From NCBI GenBank assembly GCA_030141605.1, contig JAQGDQ010000444.1:82737-146736 (forward strand): a DNA stretch of 64,000 nucleotides. Direction: 5' to 3'. This DNA is from Tubiluchus corallicola. Its lineage: Eukaryota > Animalia > Priapulida. The notes beneath the pieces are model-generated. The model was not told the DNA's origin, did no database searches, and saw only the letters and a list, made by a program, of their open reading frames with translations. This document shows positions 36,879 through 51,644 of the stretch, piece by piece. Within the stretch, counting starts at the first letter, position 1. Every line of letters begins with the position of its first letter. The position numbers and the translations under genes are program-made.

Positions 36879-39800
36879 TGTCGACAAGGTGCATTGCAAC
36901 CAGGGATGCAATACAGTTAACGAACAGCAGTATTAAACATCGATACTCGTTTGTTTAACACCATCCACGACCAGTTACGCTAGCGCATTCAAGAATGCCC
37001 TTTTTTCTAATTGGCTATGAACGCACTTTTCTAGGTATACAAGAAATAGCTTAACTCAAGTTGGTGTGTTTTTGTAATTATTTTACAGCATTCGTAGATA
37101 GGCTTATCTCTTACAATATGTATCTCATTGCTACGAATTTTACAAATTATAATTATGAGGAAGCTGCACAGACTATAATTTTTGTGTATTAAGATAACAG
37201 GTTTACTATACAACTACAGGATATACACTATTTCGAGCAAACAATTTTGGTACATTGACTTTGGTACATTTGGTACATAAAAAGTAGCTAAATGATTAAA
37301 AAATTTGCTGACGGTATCACATTTAGATTTTGATGTGGTACAATATGTGTTTCAAATTTCTGGTTTTGAAAAAATGTTGATGTAAAGCAGCTTCTGGTGG
37401 TAAAACAATTTCTCAATTTTAAATACTAGTCTGTTGTTTCAATGTGAAGTTTGCATACAGATCTTTGTGTGACCAATTGCGTAACAAACTAACTGCGGTT
37501 TAACTAATGTCCTTTTAAATAACAATTATTATGAATGCTGGCGATGTATTACTCATTGCCGCATCTGTACCGGTACCGTAACTTATAGTGTTGGACCATT
37601 TTACTTTCGAATAGAATGTTGAAAGTTCTCAATGCACCTAAAAACAAGTGTATCTAAAATGCTATCGCTGTTTCCCGCTGGAGACCTTGCACCTCTTCAG
37701 GAGCCTTTTTCGTGTGCTTAGGGTCCCCCGTTCAGGTCTCTGAGCACCCCCTGGGAGTAACAACTGATAAACTGGGCTTTCGTTTTCTTCTTTCGTTTCT
37801 GCATCAACATAATCTACTTCCATGGGCGTCTCTGCCCTCATTTGATGTGCTACGTGCCTACGGCACGCGGTGGCCATTTGATTTCGGAAGTCGCTCTCCT
37901 TCGTACCAGCGTATTCCAAGCTATATGGGCTAATGACTTCCTGACTCTCAAAGTTCATTTATGTTACAGGTGTACCGCATTTATTTAATATTTCAATTCT
38001 CTACAATCTATCAACCTCTGATTCTTAACACATTAAATTCAAAGTACAAGCTGAGTGAGTCATTATGGTCGAACAGCATAAACTTCGTTCACGATCTTAT
38101 CTTTTACAATTAATCTGGTTCCAAATTCTTATCAATCAATTTCCTAATTAATTTCTTATTTTAAAATAAATTCATAACAATGCAAAGAAAATTTATCTCT
38201 ACTCAAAAGAGATCTTTTTATTAGAAATTTAATTAACAGTCCCAAAAGTAGCTGTGGTGCTTTTATAGAAAGTTCTAATCATTAGCTTTTCGAAAGCTCA
38301 AAATATTGCAGAGCAGCATTATTAGACGAAATCCTCAACCACCACATTACACGCGAATCATTGCAAAATTATAGTCATGCAGTTCTATACAGAAATGTAT
38401 TGGACAAATTGAAAACTTGTCATCAATCTTGCTTTATTTAACACAATTTATTGTAAATATTTAAGAAATCAACGTCTCACTTTGCAGTCCAATAGAAATT
38501 TACCATTAGGTGATTAATCAGCAACTTACTTTATAAATGTATGTTAACATTAATATTGTATTTAATGTTGTCTTTACAAATTAACATGAAAACTGTTCAT
38601 GCATAGAAGTTTAACGCATTTTCTCCAAATTGTATTTGAGCCACTTATTTAATCTAATGAAGCGTTAGATTAGTTGTGATGCCCTTCATTCTTTTATTAG
38701 TGCCTTGTACTTAACATTTGCACAGAGGAGTATCGGACATAGTCTGTATTGAAAATTCACTTGAAATAAATGAAGTTTGCACTAAACTAAAACAAGTGTA
38801 CGTATTTTCTATTATGTTCGTTCAAGTTTTACATGTGCGCTCTGCATATACCAAATTGCTGCTTCCCCGTGATTTTAATTATTATTGCTATTTGCTTCTG
38901 GTAATAAAGAGTTGTTTGATTTGTAATTACGTTCTGTTGAAAAGCTGCAGATCAGCTCTGTCATCATGTCGCACTAACTTGGTAGCACTAACTGGTTTCT
39001 AACTCTTCTTGGGTCGCTTATTGTGCATTGTGATTGTTTGTTCTGTGATTGTGAGATTCTTATCTGCCTATTGGTATGCCAGGATTCTGATCTTATGTTA
39101 TCGTTGCCATTTATTTAGCCAATATTTTTTGTGTAGCTGCACAGTGTACAAGTAGCCAACTAGCGTTTTGATATCTTGGAAATAATTTTATTTGCTTTTT
39201 GGTACCAGTTTGTGTTTTTGCTAATGGTTTAACGCTTTTTATTTATCATATTTAATAATCATTATACAGTTGTGTTTATCGTGTTCCAAACGTTATTCTT
39301 ACGTATCGACAAAATCGGGTTACTAGTAATCCATAAAGTCTGGCCAATAAGACTTACCCCATTTAGTCCCTTCATTAGCAAGACGCTCTTCGTTAAGTTT
39401 TTATTATGGCATATTTTAGCGAATTTTTTCAGAAAAAGTAAAAATCTGTGAACTGAAGCATGTAATAGAAGTGTGCATGTACACAGTGCCTCAGTATTGT
39501 ATTAAAGATAAAGTGGATAGAATATGTAAATTGCAGTTTTTATTGTCTAATCCAGGTGTGTTGGTCTTACTGTACTGAAAACAGTTGTTTGTGATGAAAT
39601 AAGTTTACTCCACGTAGTTCATAAACTACGACGTACAAAGATTTCTTGAAATGACAAAACAGGAAAGATCGTGATTACAAAATTTAATGTACATCACAGT
39701 TTTCTCAAAACGTGTACTACACATGTGTACTAAACACACAAACATTTTTACAAATATTACATGATGTTAAGTTACTAATTATTACCTTTGTTTCACGCCA

Positions 39801-40699
39801 TCATCAGACCTAAGTTTTAAGGCCACCTTCTTGAACTGAAGTAATAAAATTGCAGGAAAGTGAAAAACAATATAGTTGAATGTACGTTACATAGCTAATT
39901 TAACCAAAAACCGATCATTAAAAGCAAATAAAGCAGTAATAAAAACATTTAAAATAAAAAACCCAAAATTCAATATTCGGACAAACAACATTCAGAATTT
40001 ACCAAAAATATCTGGATAGGTAAGCAAACATGACAAATATTAATATTCAGTTCTAAAAGACAAAGTTACTGAGCAGAAAACAGTTAATTAACTAATATAA
40101 CTCTGTTCGTAAAAAGCTTTAAGCTTTGAACTTTTAAACATGTGTATATTGTTCCTGATTTTTATTTCCTAATTGGGAAGATTTCCATACCTTAGCCACC
40201 CCCACCCGTATTTTAGATGTGCTGATATTACCAGATATCCTATCACACGAGTTTTCGCACATTATCCTGCGCACATCAAGCACAGACATAACAACAAATA
40301 AAATTCATGCATAACGAAACGGCGTAATGACGTGTCTATTTGCTAGTCAACTGTCATTTCCATTGCAATACCTACATGTTTGTCGGCATCATTTTAGTGT
40401 TATTTCTTTATCAGTGACAATGAGATATACAAGAGACCTGACAGCCGATGGTTAAAACATGACAATGAGCAAAAAAGCATTTTTGTTAACATTTTTTATT
40501 TGTTTATTCTGTACCGAGGAAATATATTTCTAGGAAAGTCTAGTTTATTAAAAAGAAGGTTCGGAAAACATTATACTGTAATTAATAGTGCGTGGCAGCT
40601 AAAATTTTATCCGTGATTATCCCATCCATGTATGTACATTTGAGAACTCTTTCCGCAAAAAAATGAAAGGTGGTGACCTCAGCAAGCAACTCATATTTG

Positions 40700-41260
40700 C
40701 CATAACCATCATTGTTATCATCGTCATAATTATTATCATTATCACTAGCGTCAGCGTTGTCATCATCAATATTATTGCCATTAATTACTGTAATCATCCA
40801 TCGACAATTACTGGCACAACAGCAACAACATTGGTGATGGCCATGATAATTATGATATTCACTGCTAACCATATTAGCAGCAGCAACAACAACAACGTCA
40901 GCGACAACATAACGACAAATGTAACATTGATAACAACAACGATGATGATGAAGCTGATGATAATGCTGATGGTGGTGATGTTGATGATGATGATGATGAT
41001 GATGATGATGACGACGATGATGAGAACAAGAAAAGCAGCAAACAAGAGCTAATATACTACAAGAAAAGAAATACAACAATGTCAGCAACAACAACAATAG
41101 CAACAACAGCAGCAACAACAAAGGGCCAAAAATAACAATGGTGACATGACGAAAGCAATAGTGGTGATGATGATGATGGTGGTGGTGGTGGTGTTGGTAG
41201 AGCTGGTGATAGTAACCGCAACAAAAGAGCGAGCTAGAAACAAACAACAACAACAATGAC
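40700..41260. repeat. Compound trinucleotide low-complexity tract (CAT/CAA/GAT/GGT)n
   Basis: Seen directly; explains the His/Leu/Ile/Met-run ORFs. Confidence 0.9.
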
Positions 41261-41714
41261 AAATTATATTCACAGTAGCAAAATTACCAGCACAAAAACT
41301 TACCTATAAAAAGCTTACTAGAACCAAACTTACGAACACCCATGGCACACGTGTGTTACACGTGGACAAAAAATTCAATAGTTTTCCCTTCCATCTACTG
41401 GCTTTTCTCCATTAATTTGAAAACTGGTGACGAGTTGATTTTTATTCAGTTTATTCAGTTTATTCAGTAATTCAGTTTATTGGTAGAGGGATGTCCAGGT
41501 CTTGTACAATTTATAAAAATTGAGCCAACGATAGGAGTCAGAGGCCACAAAAACAAAAAGGGGAATAAAAAATAGAAGCAAAAAAAATAGGTATCTCTAA
41601 TCAGCATCTTAGCAGCTGGAAAAAAGAGTAACATCGTGCAACCTTACACGGTATACTAACACTGAATTGAGGCCAATTTGGGGACTAACAAAGAGCGATA
41701 TATTTTTATCTTCT

Positions 41715-42060
41715 ACGCCACAGTCTAGGAAGTAGCAAGAAAAAACAAAGAAAAACCAAACTGTAATGAAAAGTTAAAAAGAGCTCCGTGCAAATTTTAT
41801 CAACGTGCGCCATTTTGCAACGTCTGTGTGTTCCAGTAAGTAGCGTACTCTACTGGCATTGTTTTGTAATTTTTCTTTCTATTTCGAAACGCGGCACAAC
41901 CAGCAAAGCAGGGAACATACAATGATTTGAGGCTTCGTACTGTACGAAAAAGTACTGTGTGAATATTATTAATTAGTTGGTTAGCTAAGCTAGTCATTAG
42001 TCATTCATTTAGTTTTAGCTTTGGAGTATGACAAGCTTCGTGGTATGGCAGGTTTGGCGG
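41715..42060 (+). repeat. Interspersed repeat, direct copy at ~46835..47190
   Basis: cgccacagtctaggaag...gtgcgccatttt...gcggcacaacca...ttagttttagct.tgg.gtatgaca.gctt.gtggtatggcaggtttggc shared. Confidence 0.85.
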
Positions 42061-42358
42061 TATTATTTCTTCTAGTTTACTATTTAAACAAAGTATTGCA
42101 TGAGTTCATAGTTCAAGTATCATCATTGGTCATTATATTTGAACTGAGAATCATTTGACACTATACAAGCTAGCAGGTATCCTAGCAGCCTGAGTGTTTT
42201 GTCCAGTTTGTCTGCCTACATGTTGTAACCCAATAAAAATGATGAACACTTTGATACATGTTGAGTCCTTTATTGTCAAAAAAAATGAAGAAGTGAAGCC
42301 GGTGAAGAGGGTGGGGGAGGTTTCAACATAAATTGCAGTCTGAAATAAAAGTAAAACA

Positions 42359-42460
42359 AGTTGAAACCCAGTAAATGGTATGCAAATATATTGTACAGTA
42401 AACAGTCTAAGAAATAGGTAAATTAATTTTACAGCCAAAAGATGGCAGCACCTCCCCAAG
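42359..42460 (-). repeat. ~100-bp repeat, inverted copy at 44488..44589
   Basis: Reverse complement cttggggaggtgctgccatcttttggctgtaaaattaatttacct...gggtttcaact is nearly identical to 44488..44589. Confidence 0.85.
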
Positions 42461-45400
42461 AACTACAGACGTTCATTGTTGGTCTGACCAGTAGGCATGT
42501 TCCAGCATACCTGTAGTTAAGGTATTCGTCTGGAAAGGCTGGTACACGATCTGTGGTGTAACTTCTTTACCGTGGAGAGCTGAGTTAAGTGTTGTTTTGG
42601 CCAAAAGGACAGTGTTCCTGTTGTACAGCCTGTCTTTCTCGGTCTAGTTGCTGTTGCATGGTTTGAAGATCTGGTCAAGCCACAGAGGTGTGATGTTATT
42701 CCATTCCAGTCAGCTTTTGGTACGTTGGTGTTGTAGACTACAAGAGGGTTGCTGGAAGGTGTTGATTAGGTGTCGTCATCTGCATTGTTATGGCTCATGG
42801 AGGATTGTCATGTTGCCGGTGTCAGCGTTGTCATAGTGGGACGATCGTCAAGTTGTGCACAACATCGTCATGAACATTCAGGTAAGTTATGCGCATTCAT
42901 TTTCCTATCCTCATCTTTCCTTGGGGGTTTTCACAGCAAGCCACTAGTAGTAATTCTTGAGCTCTTATTGTTGACTTGTTGTTGTACTCTTCTTTTGTAA
43001 TAATTATAGCTTTAAAATTTATGTTTAATCTTGATTTGTTTTTAACTAAACAGCTTTTAAAAACAGCAGACGAACCCGAGAAAATACAAGTAGTATATTT
43101 TCCTGATCATTATATAAAAATTATGATTGCAATAGCCCTCAAAACGTTACAATAGTGGCAGTAGTTATTTTGTTTTTAAACCAAATAACCCTCGGCACGT
43201 TACAATCATCAAATTGTTTCCTAAACAGTACACTGAGGTTTGATTTTTCATTAAATTTTGTTTCTTTCTTCGTTAATTGTACGTTTTGCCTAAGTTTTGT
43301 TTACTATATTTTTTACCTTACTGTAGCAAGGCCAGTGCAAAATTAGAAATAACAAAATTTGATACAAGTTCTGTCAGACAGGTCTTTGGTCTTTCAACAT
43401 CAAAAGTCGCTTACAAATAAAGGCATCTACGGAAAGTAATTCAACTGCAAACTATTGCAACTTTTGGTCTATTTTTGGGAATGAACAATCCTAGTAACGG
43501 GTTATGTATGAAAACGAGTGTTTTTATTTTTTGCAACTAATTATTGCCCAATTGTTACATTTCATGTCGTAGTCTAGACGTCATAGATGCGTTTTACCAG
43601 AATGCAAATTTGGGTGACAAACGTATTTGTTAACGAAAATCAGCTGTAGCTCTGTGACGTCCGTGACGTCAGTCTGGAATATAAGATCTACCGAGCAGCA
43701 TTGCAACCCGTTCTAATATAGTTGAACTGTATTCTAGTATGATTTTGTGTATGTCCCATACTTAGGCTGCATTAATAGCTTAAGTTAGCTAATTACTTAT
43801 GTTAATTGAATGAGTCATTAGTTAATTACCCATTAAGCGAATTTATCTACTACAGTAAAGCAAGTTGTGACTGTACATATATGAGCATGCACCTAGTTAG
43901 CTCTGGGAAGGGTCCCACCTCATACCTGTCCTAGATCTCCTTTACAAGAAAGTAAGTGATTGGTCATACGCTCAACTGAACAGGCTATCGGGCCAATGAA
44001 TCGTCGTGTTAAAGGACAAGGTCATCCAGTTTTGCCTGTTCTAGAAATTGAAACCAGGTACAACACAGTGTGTCGAACGTGCTAGGCCAGTGAAGTCGTC
44101 GAATATGGCTTCTGACGAATATTTATTAACAATTGAAGTCGAGACTTAATTACTGTGGCGACAGAAAGTGATTAAAGGGCACTGACGCACCAAATGGTTA
44201 GGTGTTCGAGCCGTGAGGCGAAAACACCAATAAACTGGCTATCACTCGTTATTTGACGTACTGCTGTAAACGGAAATTCAGGAGATCTGGTGCAGAAACA
44301 ACCAGGTGATGACCAGACGTTGTATCAATGGTGGTTCCACCAGCTCCACAGGTCAGGACTTCACTGCACTCCACTAGGATTGTAAAAGTAACTGTATTGT
44401 TTAGGAAACAATTTGATAATATATTTTTTGTTATACAGTTGTGTCATAATGAATGTTTTTTTAGACTTGGAATTAACAGAAACTTGTCTTGGGGAGGTGC
44501 TGCCATCTTTTGGCTGTAAAATTAATTTACCTGTCTCTTAAACTGTTTACTGTACAATCTATTTACATACCATTTACTGGGTTTCAACTAAAGTTAATGA
44601 GCTGTAACAGGAGTCCTGGCTATTGTATGTTGGTCAGTAGTAGTTCAGGTCTCATAGTCTGCTGGTGAATAATGTAATTGGTGAATTTCATAATGTAGTT
44701 TGTCAAGGTATGTTGCTTTAAATTATATTTTTGTGGTTTTTTCTGATTTGCTAAACTGAGAAGTTAGTGCTTTAATTTTTGTTATAGTTCACTTACGACT
44801 TCGGTACATCCGACAAGCATTGTAGAAGTGGCTACGTAAGATTCCACTCCTTGCTGAGCTTTGGAAGAGTAACTGCTCAAGATTCTACGAAGTTTACATA
44901 ACCTTTTAGTCACGTTATTCCAGCTTCCAAACGTTGGAATCCGACAGCTTCGGACTGCAGTCACTACAACTGATAAGTATACTGACCTTACATCCTTCTC
45001 CCTCACCTGGGTTGGGGCTAATTAGTCTTCTGTTTATCGTAGGTTATCTAGAAACGTCGTTTGTATTTATAACAAGTTTGTTGTTGTTTTGGTTTAAAGT
45101 GAATTGTTCTTAGTTCTTATTATCTCATTAAACACAGAATTTATCGGTAATGTTAAAAACTGTTTTGTTTGGTTCTGTTTGGAATACATGTCTGTGAACT
45201 ATGCTTAAATGGAAAGATTCACTAAACCCACGTGTCAGCACGTATCGGAAATTAGTAGCAAAAAGTGTTTGTGGTGTCGTAACGAAAGCGTCCTATATCA
45301 CAGTTAGTACACCACATATCACAAGCTCTATTACTAACATGCCACGAAATGGTCCGGTAATTTTTAAAATTAAAAATACAATTCTGATCAAAATTGCTGA

Positions 45401-46834
45401 TTATTATAATCTGCGTCATAGCAATTTTCTTAGAAGAATTTTGGTCACATGTAACTGGGCAGTAATATCCAACTTTGAAGTACTTTCAAAATATAAAAAA
45501 GGAACTCTGGTGTAAATCATTGACAATTCTAATCCAATTCAGTTTATCAATGCTATTTATTTGCATAAGAAAATCACAGAGTCTCATAAATGTGAGTGTA
45601 ATGAACAAACCTGAACAGCTTTTCACGACATACAAGTCCATTCTAGTTTTTGTAATGACTGCTGGTTGTATTACAATTTCAATCGAAATTATGTGAAATT
45701 TATAAACACATACGAAGTATTTTACAGTTCGAATCATAAATGGGATGTGTGAGCAAGATTAAAGAGATTCTACATCTTTCAAGCTATTCAAATTTTATCA
45801 GATTCTATGGAATAGGGCGCAAGTTCAGTTGACATGCTCTAAGCTCAGCACACAAAGCAGGTCTTTTATTTCGACCATTACTGTAACAAAGACTAAGCAG
45901 GTCAAATTATTGAAGTTTATTTAGGTTTCTGTAAGTTCTTAAAAGGAAGAAAAGATTTGGAAGTAAAATGGTCGACTTGCGCAAATGGATTGCGCTTAAA
46001 AAGTGAAGGAACTTTGCGTCTATTAAAATGTTCAAGGAAACATTATTGACGCCATATTTCTAGTGCTCAAGAAGTTGAGGCGGAGTGATCAACTCCAACA
46101 CGTCTGTTTATAGGCGTAACTTTCAGATGTGTGAAGACGAGACAAGTCAAGCAAATCATTTGCTTTGCAGTCTTGCTATAAGCGCGAACAGTGCTCCAGG
46201 AAAAAACAGAACAGTTTTTAGTGAAGTGTAATACTGATTTTGAGTACAACATGTGTGATTTTGTTAGAAAAGTGAAAATTTTAGTTTCTGTACAGAACAA
46301 TTTCTTCTTTGCACTTAACGACAGAAGCTGTCACGCTCTAGTCTTCTATTTTGTCTAATAAATAGATTGTGTCTGCAAGGTGATTTAAAAAAGGAAATGG
46401 TTGCATTTCATAAAGCAAATTTTAAATTAACGTTGTTTCGGTAAAAGTGAAAAAGCGCCTGTCTGTTTATTGCCGGAATTTAAAGCTTCGTTAAGTTGGA
46501 AAAAAAACAAATCCAGTTTCGTTATCTTGATTTTCGTGACGTTATCGGCGTGATTTGCCTGGAATATGGCATGGAGTATGAATTTGCTTTATAAAGTTTA
46601 TGTCAGGCATCAGCAAGCTAATTCTGTCTTTATGAGTGTCCTGCCTGTGTTTTAGGGTAAGTGTTAATCTTATGTGCAATCCTTTTAAATCACTTACTTT
46701 ATTTCGTATAAATGGTTCGTGCAGGGCTGTGTCCTATCATGCCACAATAATGTTGTTTAGTAGCATGTATGGCCTGACTACAGTTTAGGTGTTTCGTTTA
46801 GTAATTAGCAGAGGGCGAAATTTTTTGATGTGGG

Positions 46835-47365
46835 CGCCACAGTCTAGGAAGGAGTAACAAAAACAAAAAAGAGCCAAACTGTAAACTGAAAAGTTAAAGG
46901 GCATCTGGCAAATATTCTCATTGTGCGCCATTTTCCAGCGTCTGTGTGTAAGTGACGTACTCTATAGGCATTATTTTGTAATTTTTGTTTCTCTTTTAAA
47001 GTGCGGCACAACCAAGCAAAGTAGGTAGCAGTATGTACAATAAATATGGGAACATACAGTAATTTGAAAATATTGAAACAACCTGTATGAAGGCTGTTAA
47101 TTAGTTAGTTTGCTAAGCTAGCCGGTTAGTCAATTGTTTAGTTTTAGCTCTGGGGTATGACAGGCTTAGTGGTATGGCAGGTTTGGCATGTTTGGCAGTA
47201 TGGCGGGTTTAGCCAGTTCGTTAGTATGGCGGGTTCGGCAGGTTTAGCATGTTTGACAGGTTTCGCAAGTAAGGCAGATTTGTCGGTACAGCAGGTTTGG
47301 CAGGTAGGACAGGCTTGATAGTAAGGCGGGCATGGCAGGTTTAGCAGGTATAACTGGTTTGACAG
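46835..47365 (+). repeat. Second copy of 41715 repeat, extended by a degenerate 9-bp minisatellite (GGCAGGTTT)n
   Basis: ggcaggtttggcatgtttggcagtatggcgggtttagcc... from ~47176 to 47365. Confidence 0.85.
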
Positions 47366-48029
47366 TTATTTGTTCTCTTATTCTTTTGTTTCCTTTTAAT
47401 TTCCTCACTCACTCACTCAAGCAAAAAATTAATCACTGAATGTCTAACTGCTTAAATAATAAGTGACTAATTAACTAACCAAATAAATGATGAATTAACG
47501 TCAATTATTAAGTATTTAGTTTTGTTCCCATCATCATTACCTAACACAGATTTACTACTATTAATATCAAGGACAGGAAAAGGGATACCTGACGTAGGTT
47601 TTAGAAAATCGTCCTAAAAATAATACTGGTTTACAGCAATTTTGTTCATGTATCGTACTGAAGGGATTTCTGTTTGTTTTCATTTTAGAACTCACGCAAT
47701 ACTATTCAGACGGCGCCATGACATGACGTCACAACGTAAACGTAAATCAGAGGAAGAAAAGGATGTTAAATTAAGTCACAAAAAACTTGTTAACTAGCGT
47801 CCAAATCTATGTTACCTCGCATTTCGCGTACCTGCTGGAAAGACTTATGTAACTAGACTAATAATTTAAAATGTTTGTGTCAATTGGTAAAATGTCGCTG
47901 ATTCACTCTCCAGGGTATACCACTCATTAGCCAAAAACATCTTATTGACAAGATACAGTAATTTAAAATTTTACCTAGTTAGTAACTAGGGTGCTATAAA
48001 TGCTCTGATTATCTTTTTAAATTTCACTA

Positions 48030-48230
48030 AGTGTTATCTAAACTTGTTTCGAACGACCTACCATCAAACTAACTACGCCTAACGGTCATCGCAAGAGTCT
48101 AAATTTACAAGTTTTCTATAGCGTTACTGCTGATACAAGACCTGCACGCAAAAAGGTGCAATGTAAATGGTATAAAATTTCGAGACGATTTTTTTTAAGT
48201 TATATGTGAGTGGGGGGTTTCTTGTGCTTA
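48030..48230 (-). repeat. Inverted copy of repeat at 4875..5065
   Basis: Direct sequence comparison. Confidence 0.7.
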
Positions 48231-51200
48231 TTGACTTTTGTCAATTGCACTTTTTCAATGCACTTCTTGCTCTTGTTGCCTCTATAGCCAACGTTGATAT
48301 TGTGTAGCCGATGTTGCCATTGTAGCCAATTTTGCTAGTATAGCGAGAGAGAGATTATTATTGTTATAATCCTTTGATTAAAATTTAAAATTACACACAT
48401 GTACAATATTTACAAATTGTTCGTATTAATATTTTTCCAAAAGAAACTTACCAATAGATCTTAGAGGTTTCTTAAAATTGTCAGCAGAACTTTTGTATCA
48501 ATTTAGTGTCTAGCAGATTAAATTAGTTAATGAAATTGACTTATGATGAACAAAACTTATCTTAAGGGAAAACATTAAGCAAGTCGTCCATATGTGAGGG
48601 TGAATGACTGATTTTGTTCTTCACTTGCAAAGGCTGAGGGCCAATGAATTGTGTAGGAAAAAACAATTTTTCCGAAAACAGACTGTCGAGTAATTTCTTT
48701 TTCTAATGTATTTTCAAAAAAACCATGTGAAATAACTCCACCCCTAAAAAAACATATGGCATTAAATTTAACATTGGGATGAACTAAGGCGTTGAACCCA
48801 ATGGATTCAAGCATTTCACGGAAATCACATATTCAACATATTGTAATAATTGGCATCTTTTTGAAAATCAGACATCAACTCAACCATGATGCAAAGATGC
48901 TATTACATTATTCATTATAATTCACCCCCATCTGTGTGAACTAGAACTGAATAACATGCATCAGCTAGAACTGACAAAACTTTTATGTTCAATCACAACA
49001 AGCTCTTTGAAGCGTTTCTAAACTACTGTCAACCCGTCTCATCTTCGCGAGTATTCAACACGTTTTGTTTCTAACTAGACGTACTGTGTACAGAGATACT
49101 AGGAAACGAAAAAAACTTTAGAATCAATTTTTTTGCTTTGGAACAGCATAATAAAAATATAACCTAAATATAACTTAAAAATATTACCTATAGCAACATA
49201 ATAGACAACCATATGTCTATGCTTATTCTTAGCTACATAGATACTATCTGAACTGTCATTACTAGATAACATTTTACTAATTATATTCATTATTTCTTTT
49301 ATCATTAATTCATTTAAATTGTCTTTTGCCATGGATTTTGCATTGAATTGTGTTTTACAGCTAAGAAGAAGGATAGTGTACATGCAGACTCATCATTAAA
49401 AAATATTTCTTAAATTGTACTTATAATATGATAATGCTGTTTTTGTTTGTTTTCTTGCATATTCTTTTCATGCTCACCTACATATTATCAAGCTACATAT
49501 AGTTCTTGCTTGATTTAATCATTTTCATCTACTGTGTCTATCCATGTGTTGCTCTTGTCAGAAAGTCAAATAATTTTTACAATTTTTTTCTTTATTTATT
49601 TTCACACTCTTTTGTTGTTGATGTTATTATTCTATATTTATTGTAAGCTCTGTCGTCATATTTTTTAATTATCACCTATTTTTTGTAAATTTTTAATAAT
49701 TTTGTCTGAGAAGGGTAGTTTACCTGGTTATCCCTTGCTACCCTTTTTCTACAATTCCAGTGATACATTTTTGATATCTTCGTACTTATACTGCTTCTTA
49801 TTATTCGTTTTACTCGGTAAATTGAAGAAATAAATAACTAAAAAAAGCCTAATTCTATGTCAAATGAAATGAACAAATTAGAAATAAAAGAGTTTGTAAA
49901 CTGCACAAAATCAGAATTTTAATTCACACTTTAGCTGTTTTAAGCAAAGTTTTAATTGCCTAGCCTAGCTTGGAAATTAAGACAACGCATCATTGTACTC
50001 GACTGAGAATTTACAATAGCAGACAATGTTTTTTAATTATTACTTCAAATAATATTTTATAGCTTAGAGAACAATATTTGACAACACCCTTTGTAACATT
50101 CGAAATATTAGCACACCCGCAATCGCATTATAATAATAAAAATTGAAATGTTTTTAAGGTTAAAAAAGGTTTCATTTTTTAAATTGCTAACTGCTTTATT
50201 TACAGGTTATCAAATGAGACCTTCAGTGGAGCTTCAAGAAGTTCATGTGGCTAAAAGACACGTTAAAAACTGAAACTTTTAACCCATTCTACCTAATATG
50301 TCTCACTGCAACGTTGGAAACGTCTAGGACACCACAATTACGAGAAAATCAGTCTTTTTCCTTTAACAGCTCAACGAATCATTTGCATTGTTGCAAAATG
50401 TTAGTTGACTCTCAATTATAACAGACTATGATGACTATGTTGTATATGTATACAGTGCATTGAAGTCAGTTAAAGAGGTGCATCAACTGACATGTTTTGC
50501 AATTTGCCATAGAGAAAGATGGGATTCTCAGCAAAACATTTCATGTAGAAACAGCTCTAAGAAAATTGATAGAAGCTATAGCAGACAGATCTGTTCCTTG
50601 GAACTTAATGCATGATGAAAGAAATTATACCAGGAGAATGAGCGAAAATCGAAAACTGTTTGAAACGGACTGAAATCGACGTTCGTCAATCTTGAGAACA
50701 AATAATCATAGTGGAGTGTCATCTAAAAACAAAAGAAAACTGATGATTATGGTTAATGAATAATTGATTCTTAAAAGTCTGCAAGAGACAGTGAGTTACA
50801 CTGTTGCTTCAGTAATTTAGTTTATTTCGCATTCTGAGATTGAGTGAAATATCTGCAAGTATGTGCAAATGTGAAAGCTTGTATTGCCAATATTTTTTGT
50901 CTTTGCATAATAAGACAATACAAATTTGTTGTTCTGCATACAAAACTAAGTGTTGTATATCTTCGAACTGCTGATTTTGGATATTTTTGGCATGACAGAC
51001 TAGCAATTGTTTGATGAACATAATAAATTGTTTTGTACTATTACTCATTGTTTCTGTGTACCTTGTTACCTTGAATCTTCCACTTTTGGAACTGTACAAT
51101 CGGCAATCACCTAGTCAAAAACAAGAGTTACTTTAAAAATGTAGTCTGTAGATGGATGTAGCAGACCTTTAGCTAACTTAGGCTCATGTGGACGAGCATA

Positions 51201-51644
51201 CGTCCTTGATTAGCAGACTTTTCCAATGTGTTACTGTTCCGGTTGGTGGTACCTCTTTTAGTAATGTGGTCCTACCTAGGCCATGGTCCTACAGAAAATA
51301 GTAAATCAGTTAAAATGTTAAGCCTATATTGTTATAATTAACTAAAAAAATAATAATGATCATCAAGACAGATGCCTTTTCGTCATTTTACTTCATATTT
51401 GACATGCATTGAGACGCCATTTCCAAAATATGAATCCTCATAGGTAACAACAGGTAAGTTAACTTAATCTAATCAAAACGCACATTTAACTATTATTATA
51501 AACTATTTTTGTTATTTAATGAACAAAAATCCTCAACACCTGTCACACAGACCAACCTACAGTAAGCCGTCAACCATAATCAGTGGCTTGTTGTCAAACA
51601 AGCATTAATTTCCTTTACCATAAGGCTTTTAGTTTCTGGTTTTC

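Noticed and set aside
35166-36911. Assignment as EXT1/EXT2, and use of track coordinates as the CDS
   Set aside because: NSLNNRF, FLVSH---PPIK, YGY-PLLY and C-DYSRC motifs fit EXTL3; the track start is TTG and the last 11 codons are intronic read-through
40582-41273. Long ORFs (226, 129, 83, 63 aa) rich in His/Leu/Ile/Met/Cys
   Set aside because: Products of trinucleotide repeats open in several frames on both strands; no domain
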